The notes under the pieces were generated by a model. That model was not told the origin of the DNA. It worked only from the letters and a program-made list of their open reading frames with translations, and did not search any database. From positions 32,001 through 96,000 of the forward strand of contig JBBSXO010000003.1 of NCBI GenBank assembly GCA_038045705.1: a stretch of DNA of 64,000 nt, written 5' to 3'. Source of the stretch: Nanobdellota archaeon (GTDB taxonomy: Archaea; Nanobdellota; Nanobdellia; Pacearchaeales; GW2011-AR1). Position 1 is the stretch's first letter; each line of letters opens with the position of its first letter. Positions 36,749 through 45,401 of the stretch are shown in pieces. The position numbers and the translations under genes were made by a program.

Positions 36749-37834
36749 ATGGAAGAAAAAAAAGAGTTTCAAACACAAATTTTAACTGAAGAACAAGAAA
36801 AAAATGGAAAATTAAAAGCAACTGAAGAAGAAATAGATCAAATCTTAAGGATAGTAGCCCCAGGAACAAATTTCAGAAGTGCATTAGAAGGAGTAGTAAA
36901 TGCAAAAAAGGGTGCATTGATAGTAGTAGAAATAGAAGGAATTTCTTCGGTTCTTGATGGTGGATTCAAAATAAATTCTAAGTTTAGCCCTCAAAAGATA
37001 GTAGAACTATCAAAAATGGACGGAGCAATTATTCTCTCAAAGGATATGAAAAGAATAACTCAAGCAAATGTAATGATCTATCCTGATAAGAAAATATCAA
37101 CAAAAGAAACAGGAACAAGACACAAAACTGCAGAAAGAACTGCAAAAATGTTAGGCACCTTAGTAGCCACAGTTTCAGAAAGAAGAAGTGAAATGACTGC
37201 ATATTACAAGAATTTTAGACATGTAATAAGAAACGTAAATGAAATATTAAGAAAAGTCAATGAACAAACTCAAATAATAGAAAAACAAAGAGAACTCTTT
37301 GATTTAAATGTCGAAAAACTGACTCAAATGGAACTAAGAAATTACCCTAATGTTCAACAAGCATCAGTAGTAGTTCAAAAAGGTAGATTAATAGAAAAAA
37401 TGGCAAATGATGTAAAAGACTTCTTTTTAGAACTAGGTAATGAAGGGACAATAATAAAAACAAGATTAAAGGAACTAACATCTAATGTAGAAAAAGAAGT
37501 AAATCTTGTGATAAAAGATTATACTAAAGTAGACTTAAAGAAATCTAGAATTCTTATAAACAGCTTAACTTATGAGGAGATTCTAGATCCAGAAAATATA
37601 ATTAAATCATTAGCATATGGTGAAAATATAAAAGTAGATAAAATAAGAGGCTGGAGAGTTTTATCAAAAACCTCCTTAGAAGAGTCGGATATTGCAATGT
37701 TAACTAAAGAATTAGCCAGTTTAGGAAAAACAATTTACTCAAACCTAAATTCTTACAAAGCAATAATAGGTGAAGAAAAAGCAAACATCTTCAAACAAGA
37801 AGTAGATGAGATAAAAAGAGCTTATTTCACATAA
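36749..37834 (+). CDS. disA: DisA-like diadenylate cyclase
   Basis: VAPGT.FR.ALE, GALIVV, ELSKMDGAIILS, ETGTRHKTAER, VSERR, ELGNEG; DisA-like length. Confidence 0.85.
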   Translation: MEEKKEFQTQILTEEQEKNGKLKATEEEIDQILRIVAPGTNFRSALEGVVNAKKGALIVVEIEGISSVLDGGFKINSKFSPQKIVELSKMDGAIILSKDMKRITQANVMIYPDKKISTKETGTRHKTAERTAKMLGTLVATVSERRSEMTAYYKNFRHVIRNVNEILRKVNEQTQIIEKQRELFDLNVEKLTQMELRNYPNVQQASVVVQKGRLIEKMANDVKDFFLELGNEGTIIKTRLKELTSNVEKEVNLVIKDYTKVDLKKSRILINSLTYEEILDPENIIKSLAYGENIKVDKIRGWRVLSKTSLEESDIAMLTKELASLGKTIYSNLNSYKAIIGEEKANIFKQEVDEIKRAYFT

Positions 37835-37923
37835 ATAAGCTTGAAAGTTTTATAGAACTTAGCCCATAAATTTTGAGTTTTAAGCAGGTAAACTTTTAAA
37901 AACCCAAAATAACAAAAGATAAC

Positions 37924-38034
37924 ATGAAAAGATCATCAAGACGTTGGAAGAAAAAAGGTCAAATGCGTTGGAAATGGCAACGCAAGCGTCTTAAGAAGGA
38001 AAAACGCAAGAGAAAGATGCGTAAAAGCAAGTAA
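37924..38034 (+). CDS. rpl41e: Ribosomal protein L41e (eL41/eS32)
   Basis: Manual translation MKRSSRRWKKKGQMRWKWQRKRLKKEKRKRKMRKSK*; below ORF-track cutoff; own TATA upstream. Confidence 0.9.
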   Translation: MKRSSRRWKKKGQMRWKWQRKRLKKEKRKRKMRKSK

Positions 38035-38041
38035 TTAATTT

Positions 38042-38527
38042 TTAACTAGATTTATATCCAAGCATAAAAAATAAGCTACTTAAACGATTCACATATCTGT
38101 ATACATCTGCTCTCAACTTATCTTCCCTTAACAATTTAACAATAAATGTCTCTAATTCACGACATCGTACACGACATTCATTAAACAAAATGCTTTTCTG
38201 ATTAGTAAACCTGACAAATTTATTTGGTGGCTCACCAAGTGAATTAATATAATTTTCAAGATTTTTTAAATCAGATTCAGTAATTGGAGCATTTAAACAC
38301 TCTTCAGAACAATTAGCAATTTCTCCAGAGGCCTGCCATAGTTTTTGTTGGACAATCCTTAAAAAATCAGAGTGTTCAACAGATAAAAACAAAGCCATAT
38401 CAATCGCACTCTGCAAGCTGTCTATCTTACCATTAACCAATATAATCAAATCATCTTTAGCAAGAGGATTACCAGCATAATCTTTAGTAAAGCCATTATC
38501 CCCATCAGAAGTATAAACTTTAACCAC
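38042..38527 (-). CDS. PduO-type ATP:cob(I)alamin adenosyltransferase-like protein
   Basis: KVYTSDGDNGFT, NGKIDSLQS, RCRELE, YVNRLSSLFF; probable GTG start 38527. Confidence 0.75.
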   Translation of the reverse strand: MVKVYTSDGDNGFTKDYAGNPLAKDDLIILVNGKIDSLQSAIDMALFLSVEHSDFLRIVQQKLWQASGEIANCSEECLNAPITESDLKNLENYINSLGEPPNKFVRFTNQKSILFNECRVRCRELETFIVKLLREDKLRADVYRYVNRLSSLFFMLGYKSS

Positions 38528-38629
38528 AAAAAAGAGAATAAATGTAAGTAATAAACATTTTGTCACCACAATGATTATATATGAAAATTATCAGGTGAGA
38601 TGAGTTAAATTTAATACAAAAAAGAGAAA

Positions 38630-39598
38630 ATGAGTCAAAGTGAAATCTGGACAGAAAAATACAGACCATCTGTATTCGATATGATGGTAGGTCAACAAGA
38701 AATAGTAAAAAGAGCTAATGCCTTGGTTCAGGCAATGAATATTCCCCACATAATGTTTGCAGGCCCATCAGGCACAGGAAAATCAACATTAGCTTTAATT
38801 ATAGTAAAAGAACTATTCAAGGATAAATGGAAAGAAAACTATTTAGAATTAAACGCTTCTGATGAAAGGGGAATAGATGTAGTTAGACAAAAAGTAAAAG
38901 ACTTTGCAAGAACAAAATCAATAGGGGTAGTACCATTCAAAGTAATTTTTCTAGATGAAGCTGATGCTCTAACACAAGAAGCACAACAAGCACTAAGAAG
39001 AACAATGGAGAACTACACAAATACTTGTAGATTTATCATGTCTTGCAATTACTCAAGTAAAATCATAGATCCAATTCAGTCTCGTTGTGTTGTTTTCAGA
39101 TTTAAACTTCTAGAAAAAAAGGACATAATTGAGGTAATAAAAAGAATATCTGAAAAAGAAAAAATAAAGATAACAGAAGAAGCTCTAGAAACTCTATATG
39201 AAATGTCAGAAGGAGATTGCAGAAGAGCAATAAATCTTCTACAAGCGACAGCATCAATAGCATTAGATATAAATGCAGAAATCGTAAAAATGATTGCTTC
39301 ATCCACAAAGCCAACTAATGTAAAAATAGTTTTAGACTATGCATTAGCAGGAGATTTTCTAAACGCAAGAGAAAAGCTCCTTGAAATAATGTTAAAAGAC
39401 AGTGTAGGTGGAACAGATATAATAAAAGCAATTCAAAAAGAAATTTGGACATTACAAATAGAACCACAAACAAAGGTAAAATTAACTGAAAAAACAGGAG
39501 AAGCAGAGTTCAGAATAGTTGAAGGTAGTGATGAATTTGTACAACTTCAGGCTCTTCTAGCTTCTTTTGTCTTAGCAGGATCTAAAGAAGAAATTTAA
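38630..39598 (+). CDS. rfcS: Replication factor C small subunit
   Basis: WTEKYRP, GPSGTGKS, LELNASDERG, LDEAD, AQQALRRTME, IQSRC. Confidence 0.97.
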   Translation: MSQSEIWTEKYRPSVFDMMVGQQEIVKRANALVQAMNIPHIMFAGPSGTGKSTLALIIVKELFKDKWKENYLELNASDERGIDVVRQKVKDFARTKSIGVVPFKVIFLDEADALTQEAQQALRRTMENYTNTCRFIMSCNYSSKIIDPIQSRCVVFRFKLLEKKDIIEVIKRISEKEKIKITEEALETLYEMSEGDCRRAINLLQATASIALDINAEIVKMIASSTKPTNVKIVLDYALAGDFLNAREKLLEIMLKDSVGGTDIIKAIQKEIWTLQIEPQTKVKLTEKTGEAEFRIVEGSDEFVQLQALLASFVLAGSKEEI

Positions 39599-39637
39599 TT
39601 GATAATGAAAAAATTATATCAATGAAAGAGAACCAAA

Positions 39638-40807
39638 ATGATTAAATCAAACTTCGCTGAAAAATATAGACCAAGTTTACTTCAAGAAATAGTTGGTCAA
39701 GAACAAGCAATACAAGATGCCCAAAAGTTTATTAAAGAATTTCCTAAAAAAAAGGGTCTAATTCTACACGGTCAATCAGGAACTGGAAAGACAACATTAG
39801 TTCATGCGATATCTAAAGAACTAAATCTAGATATCTTTGAGTTAAATTCTTCAGATCTAAGAAACAGATTAAAATTAGAAGAAATTCTAAAACCTGCTTC
39901 AGAACAGCATAGTTTATTCAAATCGGGTAAAATTCTTCTAATGGATGAAGTTGATGGAGTTACAGGCACAGATATCGGAGGAGTTCCAGAGTTAATCAGA
40001 ATTCTAGAAAAAACCGCACATCCAATAATAATGACTGGAAATGATATATGGGATTCAAAATTTTCTGAATTAAGACCTAAATGTAAATTAGTGGAGATGA
40101 AACCACTTTCAGTAGATAACATAGTGAAAGTTCTTCAGAGTATATTAAAAAAAGAGAATATAAATGAAAATATTCACTATCTAAAACAAATAGCAATAAA
40201 GTCACAAGGAGATTTAAGAGCAGCAGTTAATGACTTACAAACTTACGTTCTAAGTGATCAAACAAATGTAAATTTCTTAGAAGAAAGAAGCAAACAAGAC
40301 ACAATATTTAACATACTAAAGAAATTATTCCAAGAACGTTCAGACCACCTAAACCTATTTGACACTACAAAGATGTCATTAGATGAAATACTCTTATGGA
40401 TTGAAGAAAATATCCCAAGAGAATACAAAGGCAAAGCCTTAGCAAAAGCATATTTAGCATTAGCAAAAGCAGACATTTTCAGAGGAAGAATATACCGTCA
40501 ACAATTCTGGCGTTTTTTAGTATATCAAAACATATTCCAGTCTGCAGGTATAAGCTATGCAAAAGATAAGCCCAAAGCAACATTCACTAAATACGAACGC
40601 CCACAGAGAATCCTAAAAATCTGGTTAAACAACAGAATAACTGCGAAAAAGAAAACAATTTCACAAAAATATGCCCGTTACGTTCACTGTAGCACAAGCA
40701 GAGCAATGCAAGACTTTCAAATCATAAAAAAAATAATAGCAAGCAAACCAGAAATAGCAAATAACCTCAATTTGTCAGATGAAGAAATGGATTTTATTAG
40801 AAAGTAA
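39638..40807 (+). CDS. rfcL: Replication factor C large subunit
   Basis: EKYRP, GQSGTGKTT, ELNSSDLR, DEVDG, GDLRAAVNDLQ, WIEENIP. Confidence 0.95.
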   Translation: MIKSNFAEKYRPSLLQEIVGQEQAIQDAQKFIKEFPKKKGLILHGQSGTGKTTLVHAISKELNLDIFELNSSDLRNRLKLEEILKPASEQHSLFKSGKILLMDEVDGVTGTDIGGVPELIRILEKTAHPIIMTGNDIWDSKFSELRPKCKLVEMKPLSVDNIVKVLQSILKKENINENIHYLKQIAIKSQGDLRAAVNDLQTYVLSDQTNVNFLEERSKQDTIFNILKKLFQERSDHLNLFDTTKMSLDEILLWIEENIPREYKGKALAKAYLALAKADIFRGRIYRQQFWRFLVYQNIFQSAGISYAKDKPKATFTKYERPQRILKIWLNNRITAKKKTISQKYARYVHCSTSRAMQDFQIIKKIIASKPEIANNLNLSDEEMDFIRK

Positions 40808-40809
40808 GA

Positions 40810-41511
40810 TCATTTTCTAGCAAATAAAATTGCTTCCATATGTCTTCTAAATATTCTTTTAATATCTTTAAAACCAATCCCATTCATTAAGTGGATAGCT
40901 TCGTTTTCTCTCATAACAACATCTGGTTGGTTATCCTCTAAATAATGACTAGTCCATTCTCTTTTTATGTCAGGCCTACCCATGTAGTCATAAACATCAA
41001 ATTGTTTTAATTGCCATTCAAGACTTTTTCTATGCATATTTGGATTGGAGAAAGCATACTTATCTCCATTTACAAATAAACCTTCTTTACCTAAAACCCT
41101 ATAGATTTCGGCCAAAACTCGTGCCCTATAAGATGAATCAAAATTATGCAAAGTGAATGCAGAATAGATTACATCAAAATGTCTAGGGGGACATCTGCTC
41201 AAAAAAGGTAATGCATCCGCAAGAACTAAATCAACTTTGCCATCAAAAATAGAATCTTTTAAATTATGCCTAGCTTGTTTAACCATAATATCTTCATTGT
41301 CTATTGCTGTAACATGCATTGAAGGATTCTGGGATAAAACAAAAGAAGTAGTGTAACCAGATCCAAAACCTACTTCTAAAGCTGTTCTGGCTGTAGGATA
41401 ATGAGTTTTTATTGCCTTTGCTAAACCTCTTTGTATACTATCAAAATGGGGACAAGCCAGTTTAAACAATTCATATTCTTCTCCCAATTTACCATGAAAT
41501 CTTTTTGCCAT
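40810..41511 (-). CDS. Class I SAM-dependent methyltransferase
   Basis: LEVGFGSG, AIDN, FDVIYSAFTLHN. Confidence 0.9.
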   Translation of the reverse strand: MAKRFHGKLGEEYELFKLACPHFDSIQRGLAKAIKTHYPTARTALEVGFGSGYTTSFVLSQNPSMHVTAIDNEDIMVKQARHNLKDSIFDGKVDLVLADALPFLSRCPPRHFDVIYSAFTLHNFDSSYRARVLAEIYRVLGKEGLFVNGDKYAFSNPNMHRKSLEWQLKQFDVYDYMGRPDIKREWTSHYLEDNQPDVVMRENEAIHLMNGIGFKDIKRIFRRHMEAILFARK

Positions 41512-41515
41512 ATTC

Positions 41516-42181
41516 TTAGAAAGTAAGTTTAATTCCTATAACGGGTGTTGCATTTTTGAATAGTTCTTCATCAAACTCTCCAAAAGACCTACCTTGTACA
41601 AACAAATTAGCTGTGTCTCCTACTCTAAAGTCCAATTCTCCCTCGACATAAAATTTATTTATATCAGTATAATTATTAACTAATAGCTGAGCACTTATTC
41701 TATCAGTTATTTGTTGTGTAGTAAATAATCCAAGTTTGGGGCCATTCTCTCCAGATGTTTCAAATGGAAAAGCTCTCAAAGACAAATAATTACCCGCCAA
41801 TAAGCTTGTATCATATTTTACTCCAACCCTCACTAAGTCCTCATTATCACTACCGCCATTATACTCAGTAGCTAAACTCAAACCATCTAATTTTGAGGAT
41901 AAACCCCCTAAAGAGTAATCAATTCTTGCCTCACCATAGAAAGTGTCTAAATCAGTGCTATTCTCAGGAGCATAAAAGTCTACAAAACTGTATAAGTTAA
42001 CTCTGTTTCCAAAATTATTTCCACCTTCTAACCTAACGGTTGAACTTTTAGAGTCTAATTTATATGCTGGTTGAACATTCAGCCAACCTTTAGATTCGGT
42101 CCCCTTACATCCAAATGTTGCAACTCCAAGTAGTGTAGCTAATAGCCCACCCCTCATTCGGTTATTTGTTTTTGCTTCCAT
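41516..42181 (-). CDS. Beta-barrel-like protein (Tsx/DUF5020-like) with lipoprotein-type signal
   Basis: Alternating amphipathic strands, YSFVDF, FYGE, EYNGG, C-terminal IGIKLTF; N-terminal hydrophobic stretch ending FGC. Confidence 0.6.
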   Translation of the reverse strand: MEAKTNNRMRGGLLATLLGVATFGCKGTESKGWLNVQPAYKLDSKSSTVRLEGGNNFGNRVNLYSFVDFYAPENSTDLDTFYGEARIDYSLGGLSSKLDGLSLATEYNGGSDNEDLVRVGVKYDTSLLAGNYLSLRAFPFETSGENGPKLGLFTTQQITDRISAQLLVNNYTDINKFYVEGELDFRVGDTANLFVQGRSFGEFDEELFKNATPVIGIKLTF

Positions 42182-42288
42182 ATTGTCACTTTATAGTAAT
42201 TTCTAAAATAGTGTTTATTTAAAGATTAACACACCACAGCTGGTAGGTAGATAAGAAAGATTTTTATACAATAAAAATATTAGATGAT

Positions 42289-43047
42289 ATGGATCTTTCA
42301 ACATTAAGAGAAGCAGGTCTTACTAATGGAGAAATCAAGGTTTATACCTCATTGCTTAAATTAGGCTCAGTAACAAGCGGACCGTTGATTAAAGAATCTC
42401 ATATTTCTCGTTCTATTATATATGAAATCCTAAATAAATTAATAGAAAAGGGTTTGGTCTCGTATGTAATAAAAGATAAAACCAAACATTACCAAGCTTC
42501 AGATCCTAAAGCAATTGAAGGATATATAGAAGAAAGAATAAAATCTTTAAATAAAAACAAGTCGGAAATAGAAGGAATTCTGCCTTACTTGCTTTCTTTA
42601 AAAAATTCTGCTAAGGGTTCAACAGTTCAAGCATATGAAGGGTTTAAAGGCATCCAAATAGCTCATGAAAATTTATATGAAAGGCTGAAAAAAGGTGATG
42701 AATATTATTATTTAGGTATTTTTTCTTTCCAAAAAGAAGAACAGCACTCATATTGGCAAAGAGATCATCTAAGAAGAATAAAAGCAGGTATTAAATGCAG
42801 ACTTCTTTTTAATAATGATACTGACAAAAGCGTCTTAAAGAATCGTAATGGGTACAAAGGCTGTGAGGCAAGATATATGCCATCAGACATTAAAACTCCA
42901 GCTTGGGTGGGTGGATATAAAGATGTAACTTTCATTGGGCTTCAAACCGACGAACCCATAGCCATAGAAATTGTTAATCAACCAATAGCAGATTCCTTTA
43001 AAGCCTACTTTGAAGAGTTTTGGAAAAAATCAAAAAAATTTAAATGA
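42289..43047 (+). CDS. TrmB-family transcriptional regulator
   Basis: GLTNGEIKVYTSLLKLG...RSIIYEILNKLIEKGLV; C-terminal ADSFKAYFEEFW. Confidence 0.9.
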   Translation: MDLSTLREAGLTNGEIKVYTSLLKLGSVTSGPLIKESHISRSIIYEILNKLIEKGLVSYVIKDKTKHYQASDPKAIEGYIEERIKSLNKNKSEIEGILPYLLSLKNSAKGSTVQAYEGFKGIQIAHENLYERLKKGDEYYYLGIFSFQKEEQHSYWQRDHLRRIKAGIKCRLLFNNDTDKSVLKNRNGYKGCEARYMPSDIKTPAWVGGYKDVTFIGLQTDEPIAIEIVNQPIADSFKAYFEEFWKKSKKFK

Positions 43048-43145
43048 ACTACCCAACCAACCCAAAGGGTCGGGTATAACGATCAAATTACAACAGTATA
43101 AAGTAAAACTTAAATAGTACACAAACAACATCATTTGTATACAAA

Positions 43146-43448
43146 ATGACTTTAATATCAACTAGAATACCCGAAGATATAGAAAAAGACCTCAAATGGT
43201 ACGCACAAAAAGAAAGAATAGGTATATCTATGGCCATGCGAAAAGTACTCGACAAGGGTTTGCAGGACATCAAAATTGAATATGCTTTAGAGTTATACAA
43301 AAAAGGAAGAGTAAGTCTATGGAAAGCAGCGGAAATCGCAGGAATTTCATTATGGGAAATAATAGATATTGTAAAAGAGAGAAAGATACCAAGACAATAC
43401 ACTCAAGAAGATACTGAAAAAGACATAAAGGCAACCTTAAAGGAATAA
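43146..43448 (+). CDS. UPF0175-family antitoxin (RHH + HTH)
   Basis: ISTRIPE, ALELYKKGRVSLWKAAEIAGISLWE. Confidence 0.85.
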   Translation: MTLISTRIPEDIEKDLKWYAQKERIGISMAMRKVLDKGLQDIKIEYALELYKKGRVSLWKAAEIAGISLWEIIDIVKERKIPRQYTQEDTEKDIKATLKE

Positions 43449-43449
43449 T

Positions 43450-44019
43450 ATGCTAGCTGTTTCTGATTCAAGTTCATTAATTTATCTTTCAAAAATCAAA
43501 AAAATAAAGTTGCTTAAAGAACTATTCAAAAAAATATATGTTCCTAAAGAAGTCTATAGTGAAACAATAACTGAAGGAGCAAAGAAAAGCGAGAGCGATA
43601 TTTTTCTCATTGAAGAGCTAATAAAAGAAGAATTTATAGAAGTAAAAGAAGTAAAAAATAGATTAGACATTAAAAGTTTGCACTTAGGGGAATTAAAAGC
43701 AATATCCCTATGTCAAGAATTAGGAATAAAGAACTTATTAATTGATGACAAGGATGGTTATAGTGCTACAGAAATATTGGGATTAAATCCATTGAGAACT
43801 ACAAGTATATTGCTCATTTTATTAGATAAAGAAATAATAAGCTTAATGGACTATGAAAATAGCCTTAAAGAACTAATCAAGAACGAATTCTTCATAGAAG
43901 ATAAGTTATATGATATATTAATTATGGCTGGAAGAAACAAAAATCATAAAACTCTGATGGGTTTGTTAGTAGTTTTGGGATTACCGTTGATAATCTCCAG
44001 CATACTAGCTATAACCTAA
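43450..44019 (+). CDS. DUF3368-type PIN toxin with repeat-derived C-terminal tail
   Basis: VSDSSSLIYL, VPKEVYSE, LHLGELKAI, LLIDD; last ~25 codons lie in the dispersed repeat. Confidence 0.85.
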   Translation: MLAVSDSSSLIYLSKIKKIKLLKELFKKIYVPKEVYSETITEGAKKSESDIFLIEELIKEEFIEVKEVKNRLDIKSLHLGELKAISLCQELGIKNLLIDDKDGYSATEILGLNPLRTTSILLILLDKEIISLMDYENSLKELIKNEFFIEDKLYDILIMAGRNKNHKTLMGLLVVLGLPLIISSILAIT

Positions 44020-44043
44020 AGACTAGAGATTTCAACTAGTATT
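43941..44043 (+). repeat. Dispersed structured repeat, copy 2
   Basis: AAATCATAAAACTCTGATGGGTTTGTTAG...GTTGATAATCTCC...CTAAAGACTAGAGATTTCAACTAGTATT aligns with 24508..24613. Confidence 0.9.
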
Positions 44044-44650
44044 AAGAGCTAAACAACTCATTTACTCTATTCCAATTAATCAAGTTCCACCAAGCCTCAA
44101 TAAATTCAGATCTTCTATTCTGGTATTTCAAATAATATGAATGTTCCCACACATCAATCACAAGAACAGGCTTCTTACCAACACTCAAAGGAGAGTCTTG
44201 ATCTTTAGTAGTCATTATCTCTAATTTACCATCCGACAAAACAAGCCAACAATAACCCGAACCAAAAAGAGTAGTTGCTTTCTCAGTAAATTGTTTCTTA
44301 AATTCATCAAAACTACCAAAATCTCTATTTATCTTCTCAATAATCTTACCTTTGAGGTGATTATCCTTCGAAACTGGACCCATTACTTCCCAAAAAATAT
44401 TATGATTAACAAAACCACCTCCAAAATTACGAACAGCATTTCGTATGTCTTCTGGGATAACTTTCAAATTAGCTACAAGTTCTTCAACTGTTTTATCAAA
44501 TAGTTCAGGATGCTTCTCAAGTGCAACATTCAATTTATCGCAATAAGTTTGGTGATGTTTGGAATAATGTATCTCAACAGTCTTAGCATCCATATAAGGC
44601 TCTAATGCATCAAAGGCATAAGGCAATTTAGGAAGTACATGTTTCTTCAT
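44042..44650 (-). CDS. sod: Fe/Mn superoxide dismutase
   Basis: LPYAFDALEP, HYSKHHQTY, NFGGGFVNH, FGSG, DVWEHSYY; start ATG 44650. Confidence 0.97.
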   Translation of the reverse strand: MKKHVLPKLPYAFDALEPYMDAKTVEIHYSKHHQTYCDKLNVALEKHPELFDKTVEELVANLKVIPEDIRNAVRNFGGGFVNHNIFWEVMGPVSKDNHLKGKIIEKINRDFGSFDEFKKQFTEKATTLFGSGYCWLVLSDGKLEIMTTKDQDSPLSVGKKPVLVIDVWEHSYYLKYQNRRSEFIEAWWNLINWNRVNELFSS

Positions 44651-44699
44651 ATAAAGTTGCAGTAAATACTCTTTATAAGAATTTGTAGTCAAATAAAAA

Positions 44700-45074
44700 T
44701 TACTTAACAAACTCTACATTCTCTAAGTCTTTGAACTGATTATCTCCAGTTAGAAATTTTATATTAAGATCTTTTGCTATTACATATCCAAGACAGTCAA
44801 CGTAAGACAAGTTATTCTTTTTATGTTTTAACCTAAAATTCGTTGCTTCCTTTATCCAGTCAAACTTTAAATTAATACAAAAAGCCCTTATAATATTGAA
44901 AAAATCATCTATGCCTGTATCCGTACCTTTATTTTTTAAGCTGTAATATGCTTCATATAGATTAAAATAAGTTGTAACAGTTACCACATCTTGATACTTA
45001 GAATAATTAATGCTCCCCTTAAAGATTTCTATTAATGCATAGCTATCAAAAAAATAGTTCATTTTTTTGCCCAT
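44700..45074 (-). CDS. VapC/PIN toxin
   Basis: FFDSYALIE, NLYE, LSYVDCLGY, LTGD. Confidence 0.9.
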   Translation of the reverse strand: MGKKMNYFFDSYALIEIFKGSINYSKYQDVVTVTTYFNLYEAYYSLKNKGTDTGIDDFFNIIRAFCINLKFDWIKEATNFRLKHKKNNLSYVDCLGYVIAKDLNIKFLTGDNQFKDLENVEFVK

Positions 45075-45307
45075 TTTCTTTTTTCTGCTTCAAATTCTTC
45101 CCTTCTTATTTCATCCTTCATTTTTTGAGCATCGATTTTAGAGCCCTTGCCTATCCCAAATAGCTCTTTTAAAGTGTGTCTTTTTTTTATAACAATATCT
45201 ACTTCCTCATCTTCCTGCAAGTTTTCCCTTATAACAACCTCTTTAGGTATAACTATACCAAGTGAATTTCCCCATATTTTTATTTTAGCTTTTGTTTGCA
45301 ATTCCAC
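45059..45307 (-). CDS. AbrB-family antitoxin
   Basis: KIWGNSLGIVIPKE. Confidence 0.9.
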   Translation of the reverse strand: MELQTKAKIKIWGNSLGIVIPKEVVIRENLQEDEEVDIVIKKRHTLKELFGIGKGSKIDAQKMKDEIRREEFEAEKRKWAKK

Positions 45308-45401
45308 GTCTAATTAATAATTATACTATTATATAAAACTTTCTCTTAAAAAATCTAATCAACCCCATAACCTATTTAATCACATCAATCATAAAATAAT
45401 T

